From: Monocercomonoides exilis PA203
Lineage: Eukaryota > Protista > Preaxostyla
Length of the DNA stretch: 64,000 nt
Direction of reading: 5' to 3'
NCBI GenBank assembly: GCA_001643675.2
Contig: LSRY02000050.1
Coordinates: forward strand, 496,001-560,000
Shown one piece after another: positions 1-13,820 of the stretch. A program made the translations under genes and the position numbers. Within the stretch, counting starts at the first letter, position 1, and each line of letters starts with the position of its first letter. The notes beneath the pieces were generated by a model that ran no database searches, was not told the origin of the DNA, and saw only the letters and a list, made by a program, of their open reading frames with translations.

Positions 1-13
1 GCTCCAACGCTGG

Positions 14-739
14 ATGGATTATATAAAGACAACCTTTAGAGACGAACATGTGTGGTTCGATCTCAGGGGGAGGCAACCTGCAAACTTGCAGAGGATCAAA
101 GAAGAATTAGTGGCTGTCCTGAGAGAGAACGGAATACCCGACACATTTACCGCGTACTCGATAAGACACGCTGTGATAACGCACCTAGCAAGACAACAAG
201 CTGCAGATTGGAAAGCAATCAATGCGTACGCGAGATGGGCGCCAGGCTCTAGAGTAGCCCAGGAGTATTACACCGTGTTACCAGTTCAGGACACGAGATG
301 GATCCTGGAGACAATCGGTGGCCCAGTACCCCTGGCAGAGAAGGGAGGAAAGTCGGAGAAGGACAGCAAAGGAAAAGAGATTTCAAATGAGAATACAGAA
401 TCTGAAACAAAGGAGTATCCTGAAGAAACATCACAATCTGGGGGAGAAGCGGAGACGAGCAAGAGAAAGAATTCGAAGAGACGAGGGTCGACTCGAGAGA
501 AGAGTTCGCAGCATGAGGACGATATAACACAACCCACCAGGTGTGATGAGACACCTTCCATAATTCCCCGCAGCATCATGGAGCTGGCGGAGGGCAGACA
601 ACCTGCCTTGCAGAAGAAACTCGAGACCGATCGGAGGAAACGCGGAGAGAGAAGCATAGGACAAATTGTCATACCCGCTCAGGTACAGAAGACCCGATCG
701 AGAACCCCCCGAAGACAGCGCAACAAGGGGAGGGAGTAG
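14..739 (+). mobile_element. 3' end of a DIRS-type retroelement: tyrosine recombinase C-terminal part (runs off the window start)
   Basis: TAYSIRHAVIT...ARWAPGSRVAQEYY resembles the box II and catalytic Tyr region of DIRS recombinases. It parallels NTLKHASIS...ARLSPRSNTVIKHYF in the 60.3-61.5 kb element and is followed by a charged low-complexity tail. Confidence 0.75.
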
Positions 740-1768
740 GGATAGAGGCCGCACCTTCATCCGCAGTCCCTCTGTTCATCCGCCGCACGACAAGGTGCTA
801 GGCCGGAGGGTTTAAGATCAGAGGAGAGAAGAGAACGAGGGATTTCAAAACTCATTATTGAGGAGCAAACCTGCTCCTTGCGTTCGGATATTCGCTCTAT
901 TGCGAATTGATGGAACGCAGTGAGTCAGGATTAGCTCCGAAATAATAGACACGCGGATGGAGAGACTCAGAGCGGCTGGGTGCGTAAGAGAGAAACATAT
1001 TTGGAGGAATATGACGAGAAAAAGGGCGAGATATTAAAGGATAGAGGAAAAGATCAACCGCCCGAAGATATTAATGTGCACCTAGGATCTTTTTTGAGAA
1101 ACATGGAAACAAATAAAAAGTTCAAGCATGATCCTACTCCTTTACAAGATTATTATTGTTTTTACAGAGAAGAATTGAATATTTAATATGCAGTGTGTGA
1201 TGATTGGGGTTGCTCTGCTGATGCAGCAGAAGAGTGGGAGGCAGAGCATAATACACGCAGTTTTCTTTTCCACGCCTCGCGAAAGCGATAGTGGTTTTTC
1301 TTTCTGCTCCGTTTTTAATTTTCGCCTCACCGGATCCCTGCACAGCCTGCAGGAGGGAGCTCCGAGGGGTATGCCCCCTGCCCTCTGGTCTTCGAGACCA
1401 TGGCAAAAGGCGAAGTCGGCGGTGAAGTGATGCGGACAATTCAAAATACACTTATTTTTGTCTTAATGTTTTTGTCTATATTTTCATCTCGCCCTTTTTC
1501 CCACGTCATTTTGGGAGGGCGAAGTTTTCACTTAAACCGCCCATTAATCGTGAACAATACTCATTATTTCGGAGCAAATCCTGCTCACTGCGTTCTATCA
1601 AGAGTATCTGACAAACTTTTCCGAGCTTTTTCCTTCTTCAGCAAATATTTGACAAATAAAACCTATTTATTTGTGATAATTCTCCTGGTAATCGCTTTAT
1701 TATAAAGATATTGCGTTTGTGGATTATCTTGCTCGAATAACAGCATTTTCTTTTTTGCATCCAGGTGA

Positions 1769-3216
1769 AATGAGAAAAATGAGCACATATGCTGTTAATA
1801 ATGTAATACAAACAGTTTTCACAGAAGAATTTTAAAGGTTTGTTCTGTTTTTTTAAAGCAATATTGATTTTTTATATTTCGAATCTTTAAAGAATTGTTC
1901 TCTGAAATAAAGAATTCCTCTGTTTTTGAGCAAAAACAAATAATTAAAGAAATTAATAAATTGATTGAAAAAATGTCTAAGATGGAATTAGAGGAAGTCT
2001 TTTCGATAAAGTTATTCGATGAAGTGAACTTGATGATTGATGAAAAGATCACAAATTTGGAAAATATCTTTTTGTTTCTGAATCAAGCTGGACATTTTCT
2101 TTTTTTGATTTTGGAAAATAACAATGCTTTTTGTTTATCGTCATTGAGTAGAAAATTTGAAAAGATGATAGTTGAGGAAGAAGAGAAGATAGAAGGCAAG
2201 GACAAAAAGCTTTTGACTGACATTTGCCACTGCTATCTAACTTCATGTGGTAATGATATAAGCGAAAAAATGCATTCAACTTGTATTTTCTGTCTTTTGA
2301 GCGTCGCTTCAAACAAAGAGGAAAGTGAAGAAGCTCAAACAATCAAAGAAATGGCCTTGGTGGCTTTGAATGAAGTGAACCCAAATAAAGTGTGATTGTT
2401 AAATTGTCATAATGCGCAATCTCAAAATATAGATAATTTTGTTTCTAGTTTAATGCTCAAAATCTATATCTGGCTAAGATCACTGAAATAATCAAACATT
2501 ATCAGGAGCATAATAATCTCACGTATTGTGCTTATCATTCAGCTTGGAGCTTTCTATTAAATCGTTTTCAACAAGATAGTGAATTATATGACTTGATTGA
2601 TAATAAGTTGCATTTTTTGAGAGAAGCAGCCAAAGAATTGAAAGCGTTGGCAGGGCATGTTGACTGGAAGAAAGAAGAAGAAAATAGGAGCGAAAATGAT
2701 GAGCTTGTAATTGAGATAATCAAAGAGTGGCAAATGACATTTTTGTCTTTTTTTATCAATTGGATTATTGTGGGAAAAGACTACTCAGAGTTAATTATAT
2801 GTCTTCTGCAATTGTGCAAATTGTCTAAGAATAGAGTTGAAGATGTATATGAATACGGAATTTATGTTATCTCTGAAATGTCAGAAAAAGAAAGTATAAA
2901 AATCAATTGTTTGTTGAAAAGCGGAGCTATTTCTTTTTTCATAAAGGAGATGCATCAAAGTACATTGAAAGACAATATTGTTTTGAGAATCTTTAGCATG
3001 TTTGCACAGGTTTCAAATAGATTGAGAGTCAATACGGATGAGGAAGCTGATGACTTCAGTTGGAAAACGTTGAAAAGAGAAGTGTTTGAAATGCTTGAAG
3101 AGGAAGGATTTGAAGATTCAGCAACATGTTATCAAGAAATACTGAAAAACATTGCAAACTCACATTTTTTTGTTCAAATTTCCTCGTATTTTGGAGATTT
3201 TATGATTTACGTTTAG
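1769..3216 (+). CDS. Member of an expanded alpha-helical hypothetical protein family, intron-containing; 5' exon may be disrupted
   Basis: ORFs 1895-2395 and 2593-3216 are joined in frame by a GT-AG intron at 2390-2448. Homologous to the 36.5-38.2 kb and 63 kb genes (KFEKMI.EEE, LLxDxCxCYL, EMALxAL, YHSAW, LHF.REA..EL). In-frame TAA near 1832 where the paralogues have TCA or ACA. Confidence 0.7.
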
Positions 3217-3345
3217 TTCTTTTTTATTTTCTTTCTTTTTCTTCTCACAAAATATATTAAATTCTTTCATTTCAAAGTATTTTCACATTTTTGAAACAAA
3301 AATCTTTATTAAAAATAAAAATCCACATATTTATTTATTTGTTTT

Positions 3346-3432
3346 ATTTAATTTAATTTAATTTAATTTAATTTAATTTAATTTAATTTAATTTTATTTT
3401 ATTTTATTTTATTTTATTTTATTTTATTTTTT
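3346..3432. repeat. (AATTT)n/(ATTTT)n pentanucleotide microsatellite
   Basis: Tandem pentamers read directly from the sequence. Confidence 0.9.
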
Positions 3433-3632
3433 TAATTTGCTTTTCTGTCCCGTACAAGCATTTCCAGAAAATGAAAAAAAGACATAATGTCTTCAAAAGA
3501 AGAGATTTTTCTCTTTGGGTGGTTTTTTTATCCGGATATTTTTTTATATGTGAATGAAAAAACAAAATATTTTTTTAATTTCACAAAAGCATGTTTGCTT
3601 CTTTAAATAAAGGACACTTGTAATAAATATAG

Positions 3633-4836
3633 TCAATCAACTCTCTCTTGATTATTTTTTCTGGAATTTTCTTGATTTCTTTCATCTCCAGAATTATCAT
3701 CAAAAAAAACTTTTTTTCGTGGAATTTTCCTTTTCTTTGGTTTTTCATCATCAAACAATTTTTTTTCCACAGTTTTTTCATTATCGTCATTCCTTATTTT
3801 CTCTTCTTTCATTTTCTTTTTATTTCTCCATTCATCCAAAAAATCTTGGTCGGTAATTATTTTTCCATGAAAATCAAATCTGTGGTCCTTTTTCTTCAGT
3901 GTCACAGAAGGCTCATCAGGTAAAGTGGAAAGAACAGCATGCCATTGATTTGATAACACTACACTTTTGCAAAACGAAGAAACAATTGTTTCAGGCAATG
4001 ACGCTGTTTGCAGAGCCTGAGGAGGGGCATCTGATATTGCTTTTCTTCGAAGAGAGACAGATGAAGAAGAAGGGACGACATGTTTTGTATTAAAACAATC
4101 TTTGAAGACGGCAAATACTCTTCGGTCGAGAGGCTGAGAGAGGTATGTGCTGGTGTGGGATAAAAATCACCACGTTGATGGAGGCATCAGAGAATTTTCT
4201 CCAAATATGGGGCTGAGCTCTCGATGGATGAGATTCCAATAGAAGAAGGCATCTTTCTTCATCTTTGTTCAAAAGAGTTCGTCTTTCCACGATTCCTGGA
4301 AGGAGAACATCTTCTGCATATCTTCTAAATATTGCGTCGGTCATCCAGCCATCGTTGTCTTCCCAAATGCTTATTGTTGAGCTGAGCATCACACTCAGTT
4401 CGGCTGGAATTTTCTTTGAAGGCCATAAAACGATGCTTTTCAAAGAGCAACCGTCTGCAGCAGCTGCAACGCACAACGTGGCGTTTGTCATGTTCATGGG
4501 TGTTTTGTTAAATCCAGCTGGCGAATCGGAAGGATGAACGGCTAGTTGTTTTGTGGAATCGGAGAGACGAAAAGAGGATTCATCGGGATTAAATATCAAT
4601 GAAGGAGAGTATTTGTAAGTATTATGAAGACGTTGAAGAAGTTCGTAGAAAGGCTGGAGGGTTTGTTTATTTGAAACAGCTAATCGTTGAATATCAACGT
4701 TTCTTGGAAGAGATACTTTAAGGCATGGATTCTTTTTTATAAATGAGAAGGGCGATGACTTCGAAATTTCAACTTCTTTTTCTTCTTCACATAGATTTTT
4801 TTGTCTATCAGAAATAACAGATTCCATCTTAAACAA
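3633..4836 (-). mobile_element. pogo/Tc1-mariner (DDE_1) transposase pseudogene
   Basis: Motifs IFNPDESSF, CVAAAADG, GWMTDAIF and LLLLESHPSR. After a frameshift near 4155 the reading continues HTSTYLSQPLDRRVFAVFK (the pogo PxxTSxLQPLD motif) into ORF 3633-3998. Confidence 0.85.
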
Positions 4837-5370
4837 GATGGGTGATTTTTTTTGACATCATAAAAAAAGATCTAAAATCGAAAAAAATAAATTCTATTGT
4901 GGTATTTATTGATCAAAGAGTCAAATTAATTTTTCATGTATATTGAGCTTTTATTTCTGTAATATATATTTGTTTTTTTTTTTTTATTGAAAAAACATAC
5001 CTTTTTAATGTTTTTAATGAAAAAGGATTTTTTGATCAAGTCTTTAAAAATTAACTCAACACAAATAAATAAAACTTCATTAAAAAATAGAAGTTTCAAG
5101 ATTAACTTAACGATGAAGATAATTGGGAAAAGAAAGCAAAATACATTGAAAAAGTTTTAAATTTGAATAAAAAAATTTTTTTTTTTGACATTCTAAATAT
5201 GACAATAGTTTGTATCTTTTGTTTCTTTGGCTTCAATATCACATAATCATTATTCCAGTTTCGTGCTTCAGCTTCAACAGAAAAACAAAAGAAAGAACTG
5301 TGGAAAAGAATATATTTCCAAGAATAACAACTGATTCAAATTCGTTGTTTCTCTCCATTCTCCTGATTAT

Positions 5371-6093
5371 TTGGCGTTCAAACTTTCTTCTCTATACCAT
5401 TTGTTCGTTCAAAAATTTCCATTATTATTTCTTTCACATTCTCATTCCACATACATCCTCTATCGCTCCTTAATCGCCAAAGAAATTCATTCCACTCATC
5501 CTGCACTTTCTCTTCTTTCTTCTTTTATTTCTTCATTAATTGCCACCTCCCCTGCCCTCTCCCTCTTCCTCGCCAACTGCACCATCACCAACATCAACTC
5601 AGAACAGTTGAGCCAACAAACTGCCACCAATGGCGGGTGCACCTCATTCGCTTCATCTTCGCCTGCCAACTCGTTTTCGGTAAGTGACACAACCTTCTCC
5701 ACCTGCTCTGTGAGCGAGGATACAAGTTCTGGAGGAAGAGGCGGTGCTCTCATGATCGAGTACAAGGATGATTCGCAAGTGTCAGAATCCTCCTTTTCCA
5801 TCACCAATATCGTGTTTTCAGCCAACAAGGCCAGTGTCGGAAGAGATGTATATTTCATGTGCGAATCATTTGTCGCTTCTGTGAAAGAGCCCTTGTTCGC
5901 CTTCATGGGAAACATCACTCGGAAAGACAATTCGGCTGTTGGACATGACAGAACAGAAGCATTTGGCAACTGGGATGTCGATTTGTTTATATTTCTCGAT
6001 GGGCATTCAGCTGACAATGAACATGTGGATGGTCATCTTGTCATCAAAGAAATGCATTGCGGGCTATCAAAGATGCCCTGCAAGAGGACATAA
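5371..6093 (+). pseudogene. Fragment of the Cys/Gly-rich beta-helix-like surface protein family
   Basis: GGRGGAL, FSANKASVGRDVYF and DLFIFL...CGLSKMPC motifs are shared with the other family copies. The ORF ends just after the CG..PC motif. Confidence 0.7.
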
Positions 6094-7759
6094 AATGCAA
6101 TGTGTCTTATGAAGAAGGTGAAGAACGTTGGCAAATAATATTAAATGTGCAGATGAATTGCGAATTTATGTGCAAATGAAGGCAAAGTCGAAGAAAGTTG
6201 GGGAGATGGCACAAACACAAAAAATAAGAAATTGACTCAAAAACACTTTTGATGGATTAATCATCACATGTTTGCTGGAAATTTGGATGTTTCATTGAAT
6301 CTTCCTTTTAAAAATGAATTTTCCTCTAAATTGCTTTCCTTCATCGTCTCATTTTTGATTGCTCGTTGAAAGCATTTGGCGTTGTGTGATTTGAAGAAGA
6401 GCATCATTTCAATCATTTATTCCGTTCAAGAATTGTTTCGATAATATGCTCTTTTCATCTGAGCCTCTTTCAGCTTTTAAATGAAAATGGAAAAATCGTC
6501 CTCCCTTTTTGATTTCGCACCAACACATCAGCTTTTCTCGAATCGTAATCATCTCTATTGCCATTTACACTTGACTACATTTCGCAATAGAATGAATAAT
6601 CCTTTTGTTCTTCCGAAAAGAAAATAAAAGATGACGATTGGCCCTGAATTTGACGGGAGTTGAAGAAATGAGATAATTATATGCTAACTCGGTTGCTCTG
6701 CTGAATTGTGCAAAATAAACATTTGACTAAGTCGGTGCTCTGATCCAATGCCAAATAAGAGGAAACATAAAAGAAGAAGTTGAAGAGGGCGTTGATGACA
6801 ATGATGACGAGGATAAAGAGGGATATTCTGCTTTTAATAAAGTTCATTCCTGAAATGAAGTGGATATGACCGACTATATTGATGATGAAGAGGAGGCGGT
6901 GGTGATAAAAGGCTCATTGAAAGTTAAAAGTTGAATGAGAAGAGTCTCAGACAGAGATGCAATATCATGCAGATAAATTGATATTTTCTTTTCCCTTCCT
7001 TTTTTTCTATTTTCTCATGTTCTTTCTTCTTCTTCTTTTTCTTATTTTCCTTTCTTCTCGCATCTACCATCTCCGGGCTCTTTTTCTGTTCTCCTAAGAC
7101 CATGTCCTTCGCAGTCAGTATTCGTTTCATCTGCTCGTCGGTCTCTTCTCAGTCTATAGTGACTTCTGCTAACTCCAGCTCTGTCAACTTCTTGTTCAGC
7201 TCTTTGTTCTTGTAATGTTCCTCTATCATCTTGTATTTCACTTCCAGCAGAACGGCTCCTAACGCTCTTTACTTCCACAAGCCTCCCAAACACTCTTCTC
7301 TCTTTCTATTTGCACAAATAAGATTTCTTTCTCGTTTTTGAATGTTTGTTTCATTCTTTTTTTATTTCTTCTTTTATGTTATCTCTTTCAGTCTCATCTT
7401 TTTTTTTTATTATAGAAGCACTTTCGTTTTCTTTGAATTCAATTTTCTGAACAATCTTTTGTTTTGTGGGCTGACTTCCCAAGATGTATCTGTTTTCTGC
7501 TTCTTTTTAGTGAACTTTCTCTTCTTCCGGTTGAACTTTTCTTGTTATGCTCTCTTTCTGTCCATCAAAAATTCTCGTTTCTTTCGCCAATGGCTTTCAC
7601 AGACACAACTTTCAATCTTTTCTTTAGCTGAAACTCTTCTTTTTCTTTCTCTCTTTCATCATCTCTAACATAACTTCCTTTCCCCCTTCTTCTTCTCATT
7701 GTTCACAATCTCTTCCTCACCTTCTCCTTCTGTAAATCCTTATCTTCTCCTCCACATTT

Positions 7760-8440
7760 GCCTGCGCTGCTATCTTTCAGCGCCTGTTTCGTGGCCTCAT
7801 TGAGCTGAGTGCAACTGGTCAATGTTCGCTATTGCAGTGTTAACGCAGCAGCTGCTTAAAGCTGTTCAAAAGGCTGCCTCGCCAGCGCCAACATAAACTG
7901 ATTCTCTTTGTTTCTCGCTTTTTCCAGGACATGGCAGAACTGCTCAAGTTGAGAGGCTGTCTGAGTGCCCTGCGACTTCGTCATGCGCTCAATGACACCC
8001 ACTCTCAGTGGCTGCTTGCAGATGCTTGGTTTGTGTGGGGAAATTTCCAGCGAGGAGGAAGATGAAGATTGAGAAGGCATCGGAAAAGAAGAAGGAATTC
8101 CTTTGATTTTTCCAAGTTGAGAGTGCTGTGTGGAGAGTGAGGCGATGATGGAGTGATCATAAGTATTGCCTGAGTTTGTGTTGGAGGCAACAAATTAAGA
8201 TAAAGAAGATGAAGAAGAAGCATTCATAAAAGATGAACGATGTGTTGAAGGGAAACGATAATACAAAAAGATCTGAAAAACTTTTGAACTTGCTTCAAAA
8301 TTATTCACAGCAAAAGAAGTGGAAGTATTCTGATTTTCAATTGAAAATTTCGAGATGGAGGAAGTGAAGATCGCTTTTCTGATATTGCACTGAAGTGAAG
8401 TATCCACAACTTGTGCAGCTATCGGTGCATGCAGCTCCAC

Positions 8441-8505
<65 letters not shown>

Positions 8506-9460
8506 TTATCCTACTGCAATTTTTACTTTGATCGGCTGAATCGTTAAAACCTGCGTCTTGATCAGCGGATGGCTCTTTTTCCAGTCAAACAGGTTGCCTC
8601 TCTTCTCTCTTCTCTCATTCACCCTCTTCTGCAGCGCGAGATGCAGCTTCGCACGTGGATACGCCATGTGCACCAGCCTCCGCTCCATGATCCAACTCTC
8701 CGCACTCATTAAGTTAATTCGCTCATATGCAATAAATATTGCTGAACAGAAAGTGGAAAAAGAAAAGCTGGAATTGTTGTCGCTTTTTCATGTACAAGCG
8801 GCTCTGCTCTTTCCTTCGCGATAAAGTCGTCGCTTGCCAACAGCGCTTGCAGCACAATCTCCATATGAGTGAAACCTTCTGTCCATCACTTCATTTTCTT
8901 AACTGCTCCTCCTCCAGCATTCTCTTTCATTTCATTCATTGAACTGTTTCTGCTTTCCAGCTTGATTGGAATCCTCACAAAATAACCTATTTGCATCAGC
9001 GAACGGAAGCTCCAGTATATCATCGCTTCCCATACGCAGGAACAATACCCCTCGTGACATGGCACTCAAACAGAGGGAAATCCGACACTGAAGCATTCAG
9101 CCACTCCACTTCAATCAGGTACAGGCTGCAGTCAACGCTTGCCCCTCCTTCGTTCCGCAGCACAATCAATTGTATCGGTGCATCCACCTCTCTGAGGGAT
9201 ACCTGTTCCAAAAAATGTATCGCCGTCTTCACCGCGCCTCGCCCGATCTCAAACACAGCATGCTCCTCGGATAAACTCATCGTTTGCCACGCGATCTCCT
9301 AAACGTCTTGCTTCCCGGCGGAGCAGCACTCAAATTGAAAGTCAAATGGAGCAGACTCTTCAGAAAGCGTGTATCAGCCTCTGTGAAAAGATTTTCGTCG
9401 AGGAGGTTGAATGTCTCCACTGTTAGTGTGAGCTCGTGCGTAAAAAAAACCATTTTTCAT
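7760..9460 (-). pseudogene. Probable multi-exon hypothetical gene or remnant, product unknown
   Basis: Higher-GC, coding-like minus-strand segments (ORFs 7856-8080, 8506-8709, 9020-9280) with no recognisable motif. Confidence 0.3.
8441..8502. repeat. (AC)n microsatellite, about 30 units
   Basis: Read directly from the sequence. Confidence 0.95.
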
Positions 9461-9611
9461 TCAGATAAATAAATGCTCTTTCCACAGAATTGCCTTATCC
9501 GTGTTGTAGCGGTGCACATCCACAACAGCCACAGAGTGAGGATCCTCAGGCCAGTCACCGCACATTTTGCAGTTACGTTGAGTTTTGATTGCATTCTTAT
9601 CGTTTCGTTGG

Positions 9612-10016
9612 TATCTTCCTCTTCTTCCTCTCCTTCCTCTTCTTCCTCTCCTTCCTCTTCTTCTTCTTCTTCTTCTTCTTCTTTTTCTTTTTCTCCTTCT
9701 TCTCCTTCTCTTTTCTTTTTCAACTTCTTCTTTTTCATTATCACAATTCTCTTCTTCTTCTTCTTCCTCTTCTTCCTCTTCATCATCCTCTTCCTCTTTT
9801 TTCTTCTTCTCTTCTCTTCTCTTCTTTCCTTCTTCTTCCTCTTTCTTCTCTGTATTCTTCTCATTCTTTCCTTCCTTTTCTTCTTTCTCTTCTTTCTCTT
9901 TCTTTTGTTTCTTTTCCTTCTCTTCTTCCTTCTCTTCCTCTTCTTCCTTTTCCCTCTCTTTTCTTTCCCTCTCCTCCTCCTCCTCCTCCTCCTCTTCTTC
10001 TTCTTCTTCTTCTTCA
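9612..10016. repeat. Pyrimidine-rich (TTC/TCC)n low-complexity tract
   Basis: About 400 bp of degenerate CTT/CCT triplets, which generate poly-E/K/F/S ORFs in all frames. Confidence 0.9.
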
Positions 10017-12669
10017 TATTATAACTTCGTTGTTTTTGTCACTTTTAATATTGCAACTTTTGCGATACAACGAATAAATAATATTTTAATTCATTCATGA
10101 AAATATTATGAAACAAAACAACTCTATCTTCTGCTCCTTCAACTTCTTCTTCCTAACCTTCTTCAACTCCTTCAACAATTTCCACCACATTCTCCTTCAT
10201 CTTCATTATTCGGTCATTTGTAATGAATGTCAATAGAAGGAATCTGCAGTTGATGTCTCTCAACACACGAGGTTCATAGCGAAAACTCCTTCATTGTTGA
10301 CTCATGTGCTTTGCTTCATATTTCTCTTCGTATGAATCAGGCTTCGAAGCTTCGCCATCCCTTCCATTTGTTGTTCTGATGGAAAAGCAGTCGTGGCTTT
10401 ATTATGTCCAGTCATTCAAACTATCAAAACAATAAATGAAGAAGGTGTCAGTGAATTTCTTAAGTCATTTTTTTTAAATAAGACTCTGTTTTTCCGTCAT
10501 TCTTTTCTTCATTCTCCCCTTCAAATTTACACTCTCACTTCTCCTCCTTCGAATATATCTCTCTTTCCTATCCACCAGACTTCCACTGCAATTCTAACAT
10601 TTTTCCTCCTCTATCCTTTGGCTGCATCTCATCAAGCACAAGAAAAAAATCCACCGTCCAAATGATCGAAGCTCACTTTCATCTGATTTTCATCAGAGAT
10701 TGCTTTCAAATAAAATTTCAAGGAACATTCGCGTCTGCTTATTCTGTGACTTCGTGTGTCTCGATTGCAATGGACAACTTCTTTGCGAATGTTACTCTGC
10801 AAAACATTGTGTTAAGATTCTGCCATCATGAATGCAGCGGTGCACAAGTTCAAATTAACATCACACAAAGTCAAAACCAGATAAATTTGAATGTTCAATC
10901 TATTTCTTCATCTGCGATGTATTCTGATGAGATTAAAAGCAATAGTTATTACAGATTTGCTGATCAGATGAACACCAAGACTCGACCTTGATTGCTATCA
11001 TAACACAGACATTCTGTCCAATCGTAAATGACTGGCCTTCTTCAACTGCAAAAAATTCTGACTTGTCACCTGAAAACGAAATGGATATTTGTTCTGATGA
11101 TGATGCGACAGCATTGAATGCAACTCATCTTTAGAAATCTTCTCCATCTTCTTCTTCTTCACCTTTAATCTCTTTTAGCTTCATTTCTCCCTCCATTCCA
11201 TCCTCTTCTGCTTATTGACAATCTCACTTCTTTCTTCTTCTCGAACTTCATTCTCATTTCAATTTCTTCTCCGACAACTTAACTTGCTCTCAACTCTGAA
11301 TTGCTTTTCCTTTCTCGCAGGGATTAGTGCCTTGTGGCTGGATGGATATGATATTCTCAGTGTTAAAAATTGCTCCTTCTCTGAACGCCAGTGCTCAATG
11401 GAAGCTGGGCCGTATGAAAACATGTGGGGATACGGTAATGAGGTTTTTGTTATATACAATATAAAAGGTTGAGGAGGAAGTGAGATCGAGAGATATTCGA
11501 ACTCAGAGAATAGGACAATTTGGAAAATAAAAGATTAAAAGATAACGAATTGACTAAAGGAAAGGAGCGTTTCAATGTGACATTACAAGACAAAAAGCTG
11601 TCTTTTTTTGCTTGAAACTTTGAAATTAGATATTGATACCAAATATGGAAGAGAGTTTTATCCACTCTGGCAACATGACAACTTTTGGAAGCAACGTCTT
11701 TGTATTTCACAAATCAGTTTCACAAAAGCTCAATTTCAATCAATTTGAACTTTTGCGTTTGACTTCGAATCATTATGGCTGCTTTTGAGAGGAACGGGGT
11801 GTTTGGCTGTGATGATGCACCTGATTGAAGCGGAGGAGACAAGAGAGTGACAGTTTATTTGGTTCAGCTGATTCTGCAGTTCGAATGGCTGTTGTTTATG
11901 TAGACAGCAGTGGCTGTATCAACAGAGCTATTTGTGATCTTGAAGAGTGATTAACTAGAAATCTGAATGAAGCACTGATGCATCTGGCGTGTGAGGAGGA
12001 GTATTGCAGAGAGATGGAGAATAGAGAAATAGATAGTGGAAATGAAAAAAGCTGCAAAGGAAGAGGAAGAGAAAAAGAAAAAGAAAGGGAAATGGAAAGG
12101 GAATGAGAAGGTTGGAAGGGGAAAGAAGGCGGATAATAATAAATGTGCAAGAGGAGGAAGCAACAGAGCAAGAAGCATAGAAATGAGAATTGATCAAACG
12201 GAATCTTTGATCTGAACGATGAATATGAATATTTCTGATTGTTGTTTTCCATTGCTTCCATTTGAAAAAATGACGATAACAAAACATCAAATCCAACTCT
12301 TCGTCTGTCTTTATCATCAACATCATCTGCTTGCGCATTTTCAAAGAATGAAAATATCCAAAAATGTTAACAAAATGAAAATGCAAAAACAGCTGAATTT
12401 GGTTTATTCTTCAAAAATACTCTTTCAGCCGTTCGCGATCGAGCCACAAGCACAAGGGAGATGATAATATCAATCTCAGGACAAAGCTTGATTTTATTTT
12501 ATTGAAATCAAAATAAACTTTTCTTCTGTTTCTTCGTTTGAGAACTTATGTCTCATAATATAAATGGACTGTTTCAGAATGCAGCAAAGTCTGTCAAAAG
12601 CTATTCACAAATGAAGCAACTGAATAAATACAAGGAAAAGCAAATGAAATGAAAACCTTACGTTTTCAC

Positions 12670-13820
12670 TAGGGTCAGCAATTTATCATATCCCCTTTTT
12701 TTTATCGGGACCTAAATTTTCTGGTTCTCAAGAGCACTTTTAGAAAAAAATAAATAATAGAAAATTATTAATATATTATAATATACTATTTCTGAAAATA
12801 TTTTTTCATATATTAATTTTTGTGAAAAGATCTGGTGTTTTTTGTTTTATTTTTAAGATCAAAGACTTGCTCGTATTTTCACGAGCTTTTTGTTTTGAGA
12901 TTTTTAAGTATTGTTATTGTTATTGAACATAACTTCTTTATAATTTTGGTTATTTTTCATTGTTTAACACTTCGTTTTTTTATTATATTTTCCATTTCAC
13001 TAAATTTCGATAAAATAAAGAATGCATTTGAATAAATAAATTTTTTCGTTAATTTTAAAGGGTAAATACATAAATTATCAATAAATAAAGATATGCAAAA
13101 GGATGAAAATCTTCAATTTTTAATGATCGAGATTATTATTCAAAAAAACATGTTTTTGTGTATTTTTGTGTTTTTAACTTCAAATCATATTTTTTCATTT
13201 CAAAATTTCGGTGATACACATATTAATCAGTTTTTTAACTATTCTTCAATGAACAAAAACATGGTAACTCTTATTTCACAATTTATTTTAAATTTGGGGC
13301 AAAATTTATTCATTTATGAAAAAAACCATGTTTTGTTCCAAACATATTCACCAACCTTATCATGATAATATTTTCATTTCTATGTCAAAAAAATATAGAA
13401 AAATTCCAAAATTGAGAAAAATTTTTGTTTGAGCGGAATGGAACAAAAATCAAAAAGCAAAATATTTCGACCCATTTTATCTAAATTTAGTGAAATGGAA
13501 AATATAATAAAAAAACGAAGTGTTAAACAATGAAAAATAACCAAAATTATAAAGAAGTTATGTTCAATAACAATAACAATACTTAAAAATCTCAAAACAA
13601 AAAGCTCGTGAAAATACGAGCAAGTCTTTGATCTTAAAAATAAAACAAAAAACACCAGATCTTTTCACAAAAATTAATATATGAAAAAATATTTTCAGAA
13701 ATAGTATATTATAATATATTAATAATTTTCTTTTATTTATTTTTTTCTAAAAGTGCTCTTGAGAACCAGAAAATTTTGGTCCCGATTTATTTTTTGGGGA
13801 CAGATAAATTTCTGACCCTA
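12670..13820. mobile_element. Foldback/MITE-like non-autonomous element, 1151 bp, with ~347-bp TIRs
   Basis: 12670-13016 is the near-exact reverse complement of 13474-13820, with termini TAGGGTCAG...CTGACCCTA. The identical ORF text at 12835(+) and 13655(-) is a by-product. The spacer is AT-rich and non-coding. Confidence 0.9.

Noticed and set aside
9457-10100. Overlapping poly-K/E/F/S/L ORFs
   Set aside because: Products of the TTC/TCC low-complexity tract, with no independent coding evidence.
12835-13655. Two identical hydrophobic ORFs on opposite strands
   Set aside because: A consequence of the inverted repeat arms, not genes.
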